DNA of 46,007 nt, the filler included, from Catajapyx aquilonaris (lineage: Eukaryota), in the NCBI GenBank assembly GCA_000934665.2. It is 2 parts of 2 records of this genome, joined end to end, with 100 filler letters (N's around TTAATTAATTAA, not from the genome) between each part and the next. Parts side by side here need not be neighbours in the genome. Positions count along the whole stretch, not along the records: positions 1 to 22,972 come from JYFJ02005776.1; 1 more part is not named here. The stretch is one strand, 5' to 3'. The first letter of the stretch is position 1; each line of letters starts with the position of its first letter. The translations under genes were made by a program, and so were the position numbers. Below, one piece after another: positions 1 through 11,580 of this stretch. The notes below the pieces were generated by a model, which saw nothing but the letters and a program-made list of their open reading frames with translations, did no database searches and had not been told where the DNA came from.

Positions 1-36
1 GATGATCGCCCGAGAGGGTGTGAAACCGGTAGGGAA
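1..36 (+). ncRNA. Minimal type I hammerhead ribozyme (Penelope pLTR type), 5' end cut off by the window edge
   Basis: [CT]GATGA-T, stem II CGCCC/GGGTG with a GAGA tetraloop, T-GAAA, palindromic stem III ACCGGT, GTA cleavage triplet, then GGGAA (same 3' arm as the copy at 21062). The first core bases and the 5' arm of stem I lie outside the window. Confidence 0.6.
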
Positions 37-262
37 CCCGGTTCTACAGTGTGGTAATAACTATAAGGCCCCAAAAAAACGATAAAAAGCATTAAAACTA
101 ACCCAAAAAAATAATAAAAAGGATACAACGCGCACATACATTAAGGCTCTCTCGCTAGCAACGTACTGCCCCACCCTTCTCTAACGGTACAGCTTACCAG
201 TCAGCAAGGATCCGCAATCACTTGGCCGTGTGTGCCATAGGTCAACCGGCTTGAAATTAGTA

Positions 263-283
263 AACCTAACCTAACCTAACCTA
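263..283. repeat. Short (CCTAA)n array, complement of the arthropod telomeric repeat TTAGG
   Basis: AACCTAACCTAACCTAACCTA read directly. Confidence 0.85.
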
Positions 284-299
284 CTCTTAATTTATACAA

Positions 300-359
300 C
301 CTACCCTCAGCGGATACAGCCTATCCTCAGCAGATACAGCCTATTTTCAATGGATACAT
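300..359. repeat. Degenerate 20-bp tandem repeat, 3 copies
   Basis: CCTACCCTCAGCGGATACAG / CCTATCCTCAGCAGATACAG / CCTATTTTCAATGGATACAT. Confidence 0.75.
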
Positions 360-1157
360 GCTAATATTAAATCCAAGTACTTTTAATTTTTACTTTCCAG
401 CAATTATGTAAAGAATTAAGACCATTTTAAATCCCATATAAATAAAATTTTCTTTCCATTTCAGAACGATAGTAAGGGAACTTTGTATTATAGCGATAAT
501 GTAGGGAAAGGGTTAAAATGTTACTGTGTTACATTAAAATGTAATGTTGAGACAGTTCATTAGTAAGGTGATGGTAATAATTGTAACGATCATAGGTGAA
601 AGATAATTGTGAAGGGATATAGCTATCATTGTTTTGTAGTTATGACATGTAACAAGAGAGCATGGAATGGGGTGATGGAATGCATGAGTGGAATTGAGAG
701 TTATACTAATACAAAACATTGAGAGTCATTAACAATGTACTTAGTTCTGTACACAAAGACCTTTTTTTCAACCCACTAAATTATCCCCCTCCCCTCCCAC
801 TGACCTTCCCTTACCCCCCACCACCCACTGGAAACCTCCCTACACCAACTTGTCCTTAGAAAAAAGAAATCCCCAACTCCCCAGTTTACAACCTTGTTTT
901 TGCACCCCAAAAACTCTCTCTATACTGAAAAAAGAAAAAGAAAAAAAGAAAAAAAGGCCCCCCACTCCAACACCCCCCTTCCCTCCTCACCCAAATTCTT
1001 TTTTTCAACCTCTCCCTCTTTTTACCACTCCATCCATTGCTCCAAGCCAGGGAGGTAGCTCCCACACAGAAATGTAAGTGTTATAGAATTCTTATTATGT
1101 GTCGTAGTCTGGTATGGGTTTTATAGAGTGAATTTTATTCCTTGTAGAAATTACTGT

Positions 1158-1200
1158 ACTCTCCTGATGAGGCCAAAATAGGCCGAAACATGTAGAGAGT
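1158..1200 (+). ncRNA. Minimal type I hammerhead ribozyme (Penelope pLTR type)
   Basis: Stem I ACTCTC/GAGAGT, core CTGATGA (1164-1170), stem II GGCC-aaaata-GGCC, GAAA, palindromic stem III ACATGT, GTA cleavage triplet. Core fully canonical. Confidence 0.92.
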
Positions 1201-1320
1201 TCAAAAATTCACAGCTGAAATACATAAGGAGATTATGGAAGGAATTTGGACTTATTTTTTTAACAACATGGACTAGACAACTTCATACTGAGTCGTAACC
1301 GCCCTTGTTAACCACAATAA

Positions 1321-1344
1321 AACCTAACCTAACCTAACCTAACC
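1321..1344. repeat. Short (CCTAA)n array
   Basis: AACCTAACCTAACCTAACCTAACC read directly. Confidence 0.85.
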
Positions 1345-1508
1345 CAACCAATACCTAGTTCGACAATTGGCCAAGAAACAACCCGTGATCTTCAACGAGG
1401 GGTACTAATTTCGTATGTATAAGGTGAACTCAGATGACAATGACCATGCATTGAGACACCAGGGTTATTTCCAAACAGAGTGGCAACCAAAGGGGGACCC
1501 CCATTAAC

Positions 1509-1859
1509 GTGACCTTGGCAGCATTTAAAAGGCAAATATATTTGGCCAATAAGATAGATGACCTCGAACGATCCATTGCAGCTACACAGCCAATACATGT
1601 TGTTGAGACTCACCCTAACCAGCACATCCCCTTCTTGAATGAGATGAACGCTGAACACTTTGCCAAAATGGAAGCTCTGCTCCGGTATACTTCACTCCAG
1701 ATGACCCAATTGATCCTCAATGAGTACATCAGACTCCATAATGATTCCAAACAAATGGCAAAAAAGCTGTACTGGAGCCTCAGTGCTGAGGAAAATACTG
1801 GAGTATATGGGAGCCACAAGTCAACCATACATTCGACACCCAAACTAGACACTATATAA
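1509..1859 (+). pseudogene. Possible N-terminal ORF fragment of a Penelope-like element
   Basis: Helical-looking ORF shortly downstream of a hammerhead-bearing pLTR; no diagnostic motif. Confidence 0.3.
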
Positions 1860-1903
1860 GAACTGCCTGGCACCCCAAAACAGACTACAAAAATCGGAAA
1901 AAA

Positions 1904-1931
1904 GGTGCGTCTTATATGCGAGTAAATACGG
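1904..1931. mobile_element. Solo terminal inverted repeat of a Tc1/mariner-pogo (Tc2-like) element
   Basis: Reverse complement TA|CCGTATTTACTCGCATATAAGACGCACC resembles Tc2/pogo-type TIRs and abuts a TA dinucleotide; partner TIR not found. Confidence 0.55.
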
Positions 1932-2056
1932 TATTTTTAAAGGAGAAGAGAGGGTGAAGTCACTGCGACTTTCGATTCCTGGAACATGGTGACTGCTCCT
2001 TTTGAGTAGCAGTGATTTTATGGCTCACCACATTGCTTGCTGTCCATCTGAGAAAG

Positions 2057-2344
2057 ATGGCTGCTCCTGTGAGGCTGTTCAAGGTATGCTGCGAAACAAA
2101 GAAGAAAGCCATAGCAGCGGTCAGCACTCTTGATGCCGTCAAGGAGCAAGGTACAGTATCTGGAATTCTTCATATGCACTGTGCATCATGCACCACCTAA
2201 TTTAACTTACTCCTATACTCAGGGAAGAAGAAATTGGGCCTTCCCGATGGCTGCCACGTGCAAGTGTTCCTCAGTGATGGGAGCGAAGTAGATGACGATG
2301 AAGTTCTGCAACTTTTGTCGCAAGACAGTGTTGTATCTGCTTGA
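2057..2344 (+). pseudogene. CIDE-N-like domain fragment, 2 exons (2057-2150, 2223-2344), probably a DNA-transposon accessory gene
   Basis: Spliced translation RLFKVCCETKKKAIAAVSTLDAVKEQG|KKKLGLPDGCHVQVFLSDGSEVDDDEVL fits the CIDE-N pattern (FKV...DGTEVDD); phase-compatible GT-AG intron. Confidence 0.55.
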
Positions 2345-3213
2345 ACCAGATGATGAAGTAAGTTACTGAAGTCATGATTTATGTCTGCTTTTAATATCTC
2401 TTCCAACCATTAAAAATGAAGGCTGATATACGCCACTGAAACCTTGATCCTAATTCCTCAAGCTGATGCTGTACAAATTATTTTTGTTCTTGAAGATATG
2501 ACCGGCCAATTAGTGGCTGGTCTGATTAACCAGTGTCCCAATCATTCGCATTCGTAGGATTTCACTAGACTCATTTCTTCCTTTCAACAGAAACCGTGGC
2601 AATCTAACAAGCAAAGTAACTTTTCTTTCCTGGGCGAAATCACCTTCCAGGTAAGGGACTCGGAGCGATGTGCCCCGCGTGGTTCGGAAACCGCAGGTGC
2701 TCCCGACCGAGAGTGGGCCGAGGAGGATGGAAGCCCTCCGATGTGAACCCTCCCCGGGGCCTGCGGCGGAAGACGGCGTCGGAGGGGTTGAGTCGGCCCC
2801 GAACGATGACGACGAATTCGACTGGGATGGTGGGACACTTGGTGTTCCGGGCGACTAAGATCGAGCCCAACAGCAGGCGGTCTGGAAAAAGGCGTAGGTC
2901 GATCGACCCAAGGCCGATGCCAGACCGACAAACCTTTATGCAGCCACCCAGGAGAAGCTACGCAAGCGCCCGAGGGACCTCCTGGAAGACCTGCTGGAGG
3001 GTCGGGATGTTTGTGCCCGACCCCGCCCAGCGGGAGACGATGTTTTTAGAGACGGTGACGATGGGATTGATAACTTTTTACCATATGTGGGATCAAACGC
3101 GGCCGTGGGCGACATGGTAACGGCTATGGGGCACGAGCTGCCATTACAAATAAAGCAGCTCTAAACTGGGTAAAATCGTGTTCCCCACTTGTTATTAAAA
3201 CAGCAGACAAAGG

Positions 3214-5419
3214 CAGTGGCGTGGGCCGCCCCCCCGAAATGTTAAGAAAATCAATAAATGCATTACATTATGTAACAGTAAAGAAAATATGATTATTATT
3301 TGAAGAAAAGGCTTTTTAAATGCCTTGAATGATTTTCGAGCCTTGTTGCGATACCGTGCCAGAGGTGGAGATGCTGCACTAGAAGAGCATTTGAAAAAGG
3401 CCCCGGGAAATGCAATGTACGTCAGTCCTACTGTACAAAATGAATTGCTGGAGTTAATTGGACGTCAAATTCAAAATCAAATCATTGACAGGCTTAAGAA
3501 GGCAACATTCTTTTCGGTTTTAGCCGACGAGACTACAGACATTTGCAGAGTAGAACAATTTTCTCTTTGTCTGCGGTATGTCGATTCGGAATGTTACATT
3601 CGAGAGGATTTTGCTGAGTTTGTTCCAGTGTATGATGTCTCTGGAAAAGCACTGGCCTCATCAATAAAAAATCAAATAAGTAAGCTTGGTTTAGAAATGG
3701 GAAACTTGCGAGGGCAAGGTTATGATGGAGCTGCGTCCATGAGAGGACAATTTCGTGGTGTTCAAGCAATTATACGAAAAGAGTACCCCAAAGCAATTTA
3801 CACTCACTGTTCATCACATTGCCTAAATTTATGTCTCAATGATGCAGCAAAACCTACCACTGTCAGGAACTGTTTTTCAACAATCTTCGAAGTGAGTCAG
3901 TTTTTTTAGAGGTTCTGCAAAGCGCTGCAAGATATTGAAAGATGAACTGGAAGCTTTTGATATGAAGAATTCTTCGATCTACTCTTACTGTGAAACCCGT
4001 TGGGTTGAAAGACATGATTCAGTGATGTCCTTTTGTGAATCGTTTCTTCCAATAACTAGTGCATTAGAAAAAGTGATTGAACAAACAAGTGACGCAGCTT
4101 CAAAGTCAAAAGCTGTCGGTTTGCACTCAAATATCTGCAGCTTCAGCTTCATAGTAACATTAACAGCAATGTCAAGGTTGCTAGCAGTGACGTACAGCTT
4201 ATCCCAAAGTCTTCAGAAAGAGACAATTGATCTCAGTTCAGCAATGGCCAAAGTTTCACTGGCTGAAAGTCGTTTGAATCGAATTAGAGAAAATGCAGAG
4301 GACGAATTTCAGAAGATTTTTCGGCAGGCTTCTGTAATGGCTTCAAAAGTTGGTGTGACACCATCATTACCCAGAGTTGTTGGAACACAAAGGTTCAGGT
4401 CAAATGTAGAATCACATTCATCTGAAGATCACCACAGAATAAACATGTTCATCCCATATCTGGATGACGTAATACAGGCTCTAGGCGAACGTTTTTCCAG
4501 TCACAAGCGTGTTTTGCTCAGTTTGGAAAATGTTTTACCAACAAACACAGTGAAAAGGACTTTCAGTGATCTCTCCCCTGCCATTGAAATGTACAAAACC
4601 GACCTGCAAAATGGAAATTTACATATTTTGGAGGCAGAATGGGACGCTTGGAAATTTTATTGGGAAACCTCCGATCATCAGACACCCAAGTCTGCTGTTG
4701 AAGCACTGCAGATAATATGTAAAGAACAGATCGACACTTTCCCAAACATTATGATTCTCCTCAAAATCCTTGCTGTACTTCCAGTAACCACTGCATCGGT
4801 TGAAAGAAGCTTCTCGACTCTCCGAAGACTGAAGACTTACCTTAGAAGTAAAACCAGTGAAGAGAGACTAACTTCTTTGGCACTGCTAACAATACACAGA
4901 GACTTAATTATAGATAAAGAGAAGGTTGTATCTCAATTTTCAGAAACTGCCCGAAGAGTGAAGTTTTTCTGAAAAAAAAGAAACGTACTTTCACATTTTT
5001 GTGAAAGGGCTATTTGTGATTGCACTTCCTGAAAATTGATAAACAGCCTGCTCTTTAGTTATCTATAGTTTGTAGGAGATTGTGATGATCCTGAACATTT
5101 GTGACAGCCTATTAATAATTATTCTTTTTATGGTCCCAGGTTACAATGTAATATCAGTAGTAGTAGTAGGCTTAATAGCTATCAGCAGTGCCATGTATGA
5201 ACCACATATTGGTTTTATAAAAATAAAAAAATCGACACTGTAATATACATCATTCTGTCTTATAAATATTTTCGCGGTTTATGAAATCCTCCCCCTCCCC
5301 TCTCCGACTCGAATACTGTTATGATACTTCAAAAAAGTCTTACAATAGGTTACAATATTATGAAACGGACCGATCGGCCATGGGTTCCCCCCCGAAAAAA
5401 TTTCCTGCCTACGCCGCTG
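3214..5419 (+). mobile_element. Internally deleted hAT DNA transposon with TIRs and a 6-bp TSD
   Basis: Imperfect TIRs CAGTGGCGTGGGC (from 3214) and GCCTACGCCGCTG (ends 5419); CAAAGG duplicated at 3208-3213 and 5420-5425; contains a hAT transposase. Confidence 0.85.
3325..4972 (+). pseudogene. hAT transposase (ZMYM1/P52rIPK-like), N-terminally truncated, one frameshift
   Basis: Motifs FSVLADETTD, GQGYDGA, YTHCSSHCLNL, ETRWVERHD and the dimerisation domain LPVTTASVERSFSTLRRLKTYLRS. One extra T in the run at 3901-3907 splits ORFs 3325-3909 and 3935-4972; removing it restores FFRGSAKR. Confidence 0.92.
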
Positions 5420-5641
5420 CAAAGGATTTGGCTTATGCTGTATGCCTCGTGCATTTTATGTGCAGAAAATGGAACAACTACTTTCAAGTGAGCTATATTT
5501 ATCTGTTGGACATATATCAGATTTAGACCTGATTGTGAGACCAGAGAGAGAGGTTGAAGACTAACTGGAACTTGTCCCATTTCAGAAATTTCATGTACAC
5601 TGTGCTGTGAACACACTGCCCAGAGTCCAGACTGAACAGAC

Positions 5642-6145
5642 GTGTGCGATAGCTGCTGTACTGAAGATAACACCCGGGTCCAATCGGACTCACCGTCAGA
5701 ACCAGTCGAGATGGCATCAAAAGAAGCAATCAAGACCTTACTTGATGACCTCAAGAACGACATGATGGAACAGTTAACCTCAAAATTGGATCAGACGATG
5801 AAACAACTGGACACGAAGTGGTCAGTGGTGGTGGAAGATATCCAAATGGGGCAACATAGTTTGGTGACTCAATTGGAAGCAGCCAACGCACGTATTACCG
5901 AGCTACAGAAGACACAGGAAGTGCTAGTGAAAAAAATAGACGAGGACGAAAACAGAGAACGTCGCAATAATAAAATTTTCCACGGACTACAGTCGGAAGA
6001 ACCATTAGACTCCTGGAAGCAGGTTGAGGACCTCTTACGCAACTTTATATCTAAGTATCAACTCCATGATTCACCAGAAACTGTAGAGTTTCAAAGGGCA
6101 CACGTGCTGGGACGCCCCAGGAGGGGGGCCCCATTGATAGCTACA
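5642..6145 (+). pseudogene. Non-LTR retrotransposon ORF1 fragment (coiled coil plus RRM-like, L1/L2/CR1 type)
   Basis: Coiled coil followed by DENRERRNNKIFHGL and FQRAHVLGRPR...PLIA, typical of ORF1p (RR.N..I.G...RAHR.G); 3' truncated. Confidence 0.75.
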
Positions 6146-6479
6146 TATGGTACCCACATACCCCCCAACTTGCTATCATCTCCTTTTCCAAAATATACCA
6201 AAGCAACACGTATTTTCTTTATTTAAATTTTTCCAAAATGTGAACAAAAGAATTAATTTCTCAAAATATTAAATATGTCAAGGGTTATATGTACAGTAAC
6301 TTAAGTTGTAAACTGTAAACTGGCAGGGTGTGTGTCCCCCGAAACAGGACGTAATGTACTGAGCAAGGGGCACCGTATTGAAAAAAAATAAAAAATAATA
6401 AAAAATAAAATAAAATAAAAATAAATATATCAGATTTAGACCAGGAATTTTTGGTGTCCCACAAAACCTGTTACGACTG

Positions 6480-6905
6480 TATGCTTGCTTTCCTGCCAAC
6501 ACTTCGAAGTAAGGTATTAACAGATTTCCAACTAGTTAATCAGTACCTTGCTATAGATCACATTACTGTCCCATTGGTGTATGCTGTACCAAAATTAAAT
6601 AAATTGGGATCTGATCATCCGCGGGATTAGGTTCTAAGGCCTATCGTACAAGGCATGCATTCATGTGGCGGGGCGAGTTAGTGCAGTCCTTGTGTACCTG
6701 TTACGTCCACTTATGCATTTCGTGAATTACCAGTTGTTTAGTCCAGATCAATTGCTTTTGTCTTTTGACCCACAATTTGTAGTACCCCCAAATTATGAAA
6801 TGTTCACACTCGATGTAACAGCAATGTATCCATCAATTGATCTTCATTTGGTCAGATCTACCATGAAAATTTTTTATGCAACTTTCAGTCGATATAACCC
6901 AGTAA
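6480..6905 (+). pseudogene. Penelope-like reverse transcriptase fragment (copy 1)
   Basis: PLVYAVPKLNK...LRPIVQ...VLVYLLRPLM...TLDVTAMYPSI, with a stop and a frameshift; related to the RT at 8028. Confidence 0.8.
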
Positions 6906-6929
6906 GCTCTGACTGTCTTTATGGAATTA

Positions 6930-9325
6930 TTGGACATAGTCCTTGTGGCAATAAGCTCATAATTCCAGTTATGCTACCGGTATTGAAACTTTGTTCCCAA
7001 GGTGTAACACTCGGTGTAACAGTTCTTCTCACGAGCAAAAAATTTCTAGGGGTGTTAGCTAATCTGAAAAGTGCAGCACGCAAATGGGAAAGATTGCTTG
7101 ATACACGTGATGATGCATTGCATGGCATGTTCCAAGAGGCAAAACAAAAGGGGCTTGTATACCACCACGTACAGTTGACATACGTTTACACTTAACAAAT
7201 CTATGGCATAAGATTTTTGAACTGTATGAAAGGGACGGTTACGGCACCTTGTTTTATAGGGGAGACAGATACCATATTGAACGGGATTTTATTGACGTTC
7301 CGCAAGAATGGGTGGATGAGTGGCCTAATGTGGCACTAGCCAATTCAGTGCGCAGAAAGGGTAGGGGAGGAAAAAACTATTGAATTGGGATACTGTGCAG
7401 GAGTTCACCTCCATTTCAAAGAACCTTGCAGATTTACAGTCCAATTTTGGATATATTTTTCAACAATTGGGCACTAGCACTTTAAATGAAGTTATACGGC
7501 AATGTCAAGGGTCAGCAGACATTCACATTCAATTTCAACCAAAACGGTTTTTTCGTTGCCAGGTATATGATAGTTAATATAACAGACTTACAAATCTCAA
7601 AAGTTGTTATGGACTTTTTGCAAAATGGAGTTAATTTTGTAATGCCCACAGCTTTGACAAAATAATGCACAAAAGCATGCATGTCTGGACTATATGGAAC
7701 ATCATTGCTACAAAGATATCGAAAAGTTGTATGACACTCATCGAGGACCAGGTTTACAAGGTCACAAGGACAAGGTATACAAACAAATCTTTCGAAACTT
7801 AGTCACTCATGCAACAGCTTATAGAATTCCAGCATCGTTTCCAGAATTTGGGGCATTCACAAAGCTAAAAAGGGCAATGTGTGATTCAGCTGGTAAGGAA
7901 GTTCGTTTAAGGCGAGGCAAACAATTTAGGTGCTGGTTTGCTGCCTTTGAAGTTTTTGAATACGAGGATACATAATGATAATAAGAGCTGTATAGTTAAT
8001 TTATCGACTCATTTTGTTCCTCAATAAGTGCTCCGATATTTCGAGTTGGGGCCGAAGCATATTCCGCCTCGATTGATAACTGTGTCAGATGTACAGAATT
8101 GTGCTGACCATCTTCAGACGTACTGGTACTATGAGGTTTTACGGCGAATGAATCCTATCGAAAATAATTATCAGATAGATTCGAGATCCAATAAGAATGA
8201 TGCTAAAATTTTTTTTGACCTCACTAAACCTCAACAAGTATTCCCTAATAGTTATCCGGAATCAAAAGTGGGTATGATAATGATGAATGCATTTGAGTCC
8301 TATCAGGGGTCACGTAGACCTCCTCCGCGGAAAAGTAAGGATGAACTAGAGGCTTTAGCTTGTTTGAAAGATAATGTTCCCGATAGAATAATTGTGCAAT
8401 TAGCCGATAAAGGTGGAGGATTCGTACTTATGGACAGAGAATTCTATGAACACAAAATGTTAGAGCATTTAGAGTCAGGATCTTACCAGTTGCTTGGTGT
8501 ACATGATGAGGTTAGAGTAACTTTAGGGGACAAGCAGGATATGTTGAAACCTCAAATTTTGGAGTTGATTCCGGGGCTAAGTAGAACGGTTCTTAAGAAT
8601 GCCACACTGAAAGATGCTTTTATTGACCAAACCCATGTCCAGCCAGTCCTACTAGTATATGGTTTACCAAAGATTCGTAAAATGGTCAATAACAAACAGG
8701 ACATATCCATGAGACCTATTGTTCAGAGATTCAAGGCACCCACAGCTCGGATTAATGATGTCCTGGTTTATCTACTGAGACCTCTTATGTGCAAACTACG
8801 CTATCGGTTGTTTTGTCCAGATGACCTCCAAGATCTATGCGCCAAGAACCGTGAGATTGGGCCGCAAACCATGCTTGTTACCTTTGATGTCACGGCCATG
8901 TACACAAGTCTTCCTCATGCGCTTGTCAAGAGACATGTTAATGATTTTTTTCCAAATATACAAAGGAGAGAGCCCTATCACATTCAAGTTCCTGATGACA
9001 CTTTTAATGATTTGCTAGAACTGTATTTGACTGATTTTTTTTAAAATTCAATTTGGCAACAAAGTGTACAGACAATCATGTGGAATCAGTATGGGTTCGG
9101 CCGCGGCACCCATGATTGCGGATATATTCCTGAACAGTTTTGAGACTCAATTCTGTTTTTTGTATGGTCCCCCAGATCTTTTGTTCTACTGTAGACACTT
9201 GGATGTTTTTTTCCGCCGAAATAATTGCTAAACAATTTGAGAAAGACTTTAATGAGAAGACAGGGATCACAGGGACAATACAGGAAATAGGGGGCAGGGC
9301 GGCCTTTTTGGATTATACTTTTTAT
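6930..9325 (+). pseudogene. Degenerate Penelope-like element ORF: long N-terminal region plus reverse transcriptase (copy 2)
   Basis: IVNLS..LGPKHIP, LADKGGGFVLMD, VYGLPKIRK, MRPIV, TFDVTAMYTSL, GISMGSAAAPMIADIFL, a decayed YxDD region (RHLDVFF) and AFLD. Frameshifts after 9040. The 5' boundary is approximate. Confidence 0.85.
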
Positions 9326-9589
9326 ATAGATCTTCCAGGGAATGTACGAGGCCAGTTGCCGGGAGCACATCCGACAGCTGGTCGCTCCTTGCCTCCCTCC
9401 TTCTGTACAGTTTCTCCTGCCCTCTTCAACTTCTCCTTTCAACATGTGCGAACGTGACCGAATAAACGAAGTACCGAAAGAATCCCGTGTCCCTCATTGT
9501 GTGACGAACATCAAAAGGTCACTCATGCCATTGTGAAGTGGGAAATTTTTTTCAATTTCAAGAATTTGCCCCTGTCAGTATGCGAGTAT

Positions 9590-10045
9590 TTGCAGATGAA
9601 TGCATCATATAAGCTTTGGGATGGGAAAAGGTTAAAAACAGACCAAGGGAGTCAAGGGCAGCCAGTCACACTTGACCAACGATTTGCTGGTCTGGAATGT
9701 ACTCCCACCACTGCAAAATCTGTGGCGAAAGTGGCGGTTAACAGTGTAGTGTTCCAAGTGGGACATGTTATATATTTTGGTGATTTTGCCAAGGGAACTG
9801 GACAGATTGGATGTATCCAAGGCATTCTTGTGATTGGTGAGAAGGTGGTTTTTGATTGCTGCCTTCTTTTTAAGAAAGGATATGAGAAGAGAGTTAATGC
9901 ATTTAAATTGGGGCTGTCCAGGCACTCTCTCATCATAGATTCCAGTAAGTTATTGTCACCCTGGCCACTTCTGGAATACCAAATATCCAATGAAATATAT
10001 GTTATTTTTCATTGTGTTCTTGATACCAAAATATGGAGTGAATGA
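9590..10045 (+). pseudogene. Probable C-terminal fragment of a CACTA/EnSpm-type transposase
   Basis: VFQVGHVI..GQIGCIQGILV...KLLSPWPLLEYQI resembles the C-terminus of animal EnSpm transposases (recognised from memory). Confidence 0.45.
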
Positions 10046-11329
10046 GTGAACTCTATGTAATTGCAAACAGGTGAAATATGTTTGTGGAAATATTTTTGTG
10101 TCTAATGTCAGAAAGACAAATAAATGTTGAAATTGCTTTCTGGTTTCTCAGAGTCGGGAAGAGGGAAGTGATGTTATATTGAGTGATACAGAGGCGAGCA
10201 ACACTGAGGAAAATGCCAGAGTGGAAGGAACTTCCGGAAGAAATAGCACAGGGAGAAGCTTAAGTTTCATACTACCAGACTTCTCAGTGCAGTTTCATCC
10301 CTTATTGAACGGGGCTGACATGAAGGAGGACATGAGGAAGTGCTTGAGTTCAGAGCTCAAGTACGAGCTTGCCAAATATTTGGAGTAAGCTTATACTGTA
10401 TACACTTTGGAAGGACTGCCCTTGACGAACGTGTGCCTCCCCCCCTTTGTGGCATCATGAGGGAATTTAGGCAGAATATTAAAAACAAAAATGTGCCAGT
10501 CTAACCTAACCTGGCGTAACTTAGGCTTCCCCCTAAAATCATTTCTATCTGCAAAATACCCCACAATCCTTCCTCCCTTCTCCCCCACACACAAGTTTGT
10601 GAAGTACAGTCCAACCTGCACTTCTGAATTTATTCTCTTACATGCTATCATGTTTACAGTATGTATATATGGCGATAGGTTATGGAGTCAAATTACCTGA
10701 TATTATCTCTTGTACAGTTCCGCCAACCTTCTCGTGAGTTCAAATTCATCATAAAACAAAGTTGGCTATTTAGCACTGGGGATGGCCATGGCTAATAAAT
10801 ACCCCCAGACATGTTGTGTGACAGTTCACCAGCAGGGTCCAGAGTAAAAAAAACCAGAGCAAAGGACTTCCCAATGTTTGGGTATGTGGCAAACATGAGT
10901 ACGTGTGAAAATTGAAGCCACTGTGCCTTTATGTCCTCTTTCAATCATTTCCAGAGCACCTTCATTCACCGACTCTCACTTCGGCGCAAGCTTCAACGAA
11001 GGCGCAAAGAGATTGCATTTAACAAAGCAGCAAAGCCCTTGAAAAACCAGCAGAGGTGCCTGAAATATGCATTGATGATGCGCTGAAGGAGCTGAGAGTG
11101 AGTGAATAGCATATTCTAACTGTTGGTGGGGGTGGTAGTTGTGGTGGTGCGGTATTGGTGCCATTATTGTCATTATCATCATACGGTAGTTATTTTATTA
11201 TATTGTACATTTTCAGATGCTAGAAAGTGCTGACATACTGGAAGCTGGCAGCATTGATGCAGAAAGAATGAAGGCACTTTTGGCAATTACTCTGGCAGAC
11301 GGGAAACATCAATTTGATGTTTCTTGATT

Positions 11330-11464
11330 GCATTAGTGAAGCGTTGGCGCACATGCATTGAACGTGGTGGGGACTACGTTGAAAAGTGATGAAGTGATAT
11401 AAGTCCTATTTGTGGTTATTCAGCAAATAAAAAATTGTTAAGGTTACTTTTTGACTCGCCCTCG
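11330..11464 (+). mobile_element. 3' end of a mariner element
   Basis: Encodes LVKRWRTCIERGGDYVEK-stop, the mariner transposase C-terminus, followed by a TIR-like TTACTTTTTGACTCGCCCTCG. Confidence 0.8.
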
Positions 11465-11478
11465 CACTTGTATTATCA

Positions 11479-11580
11479 TTTGAAAGTTGCAGCTGTAAGA
11501 AAGAACGGAAAGTACCTATGAACGAACAAGTGTTTGTAATAGACCAGCGAACTGAAAGAAAAATGGTAATCGGAAAGTCA
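11479..11580 (+). pseudogene. Short fragment resembling the N-terminal region of hATm-like transposases
   Basis: Translation CSCKKERKVPMNEQVFVIDQRTERKMVIG matches a C.C...KVP..E..F..DQR..RKM.IG motif recalled from insect transposases. Confidence 0.35.

Noticed and set aside
300..359. CRISPR-like array
   Set aside because: Contiguous tandem units without spacers, in eukaryotic DNA.
6330..6375. Possible type II hammerhead (CCCC-GAAAC...GTA...CTGAGCA-AGGGG)
   Set aside because: Core reads CTGAGCA (G8 lost) and there is no room for stem I; only a hairpin.
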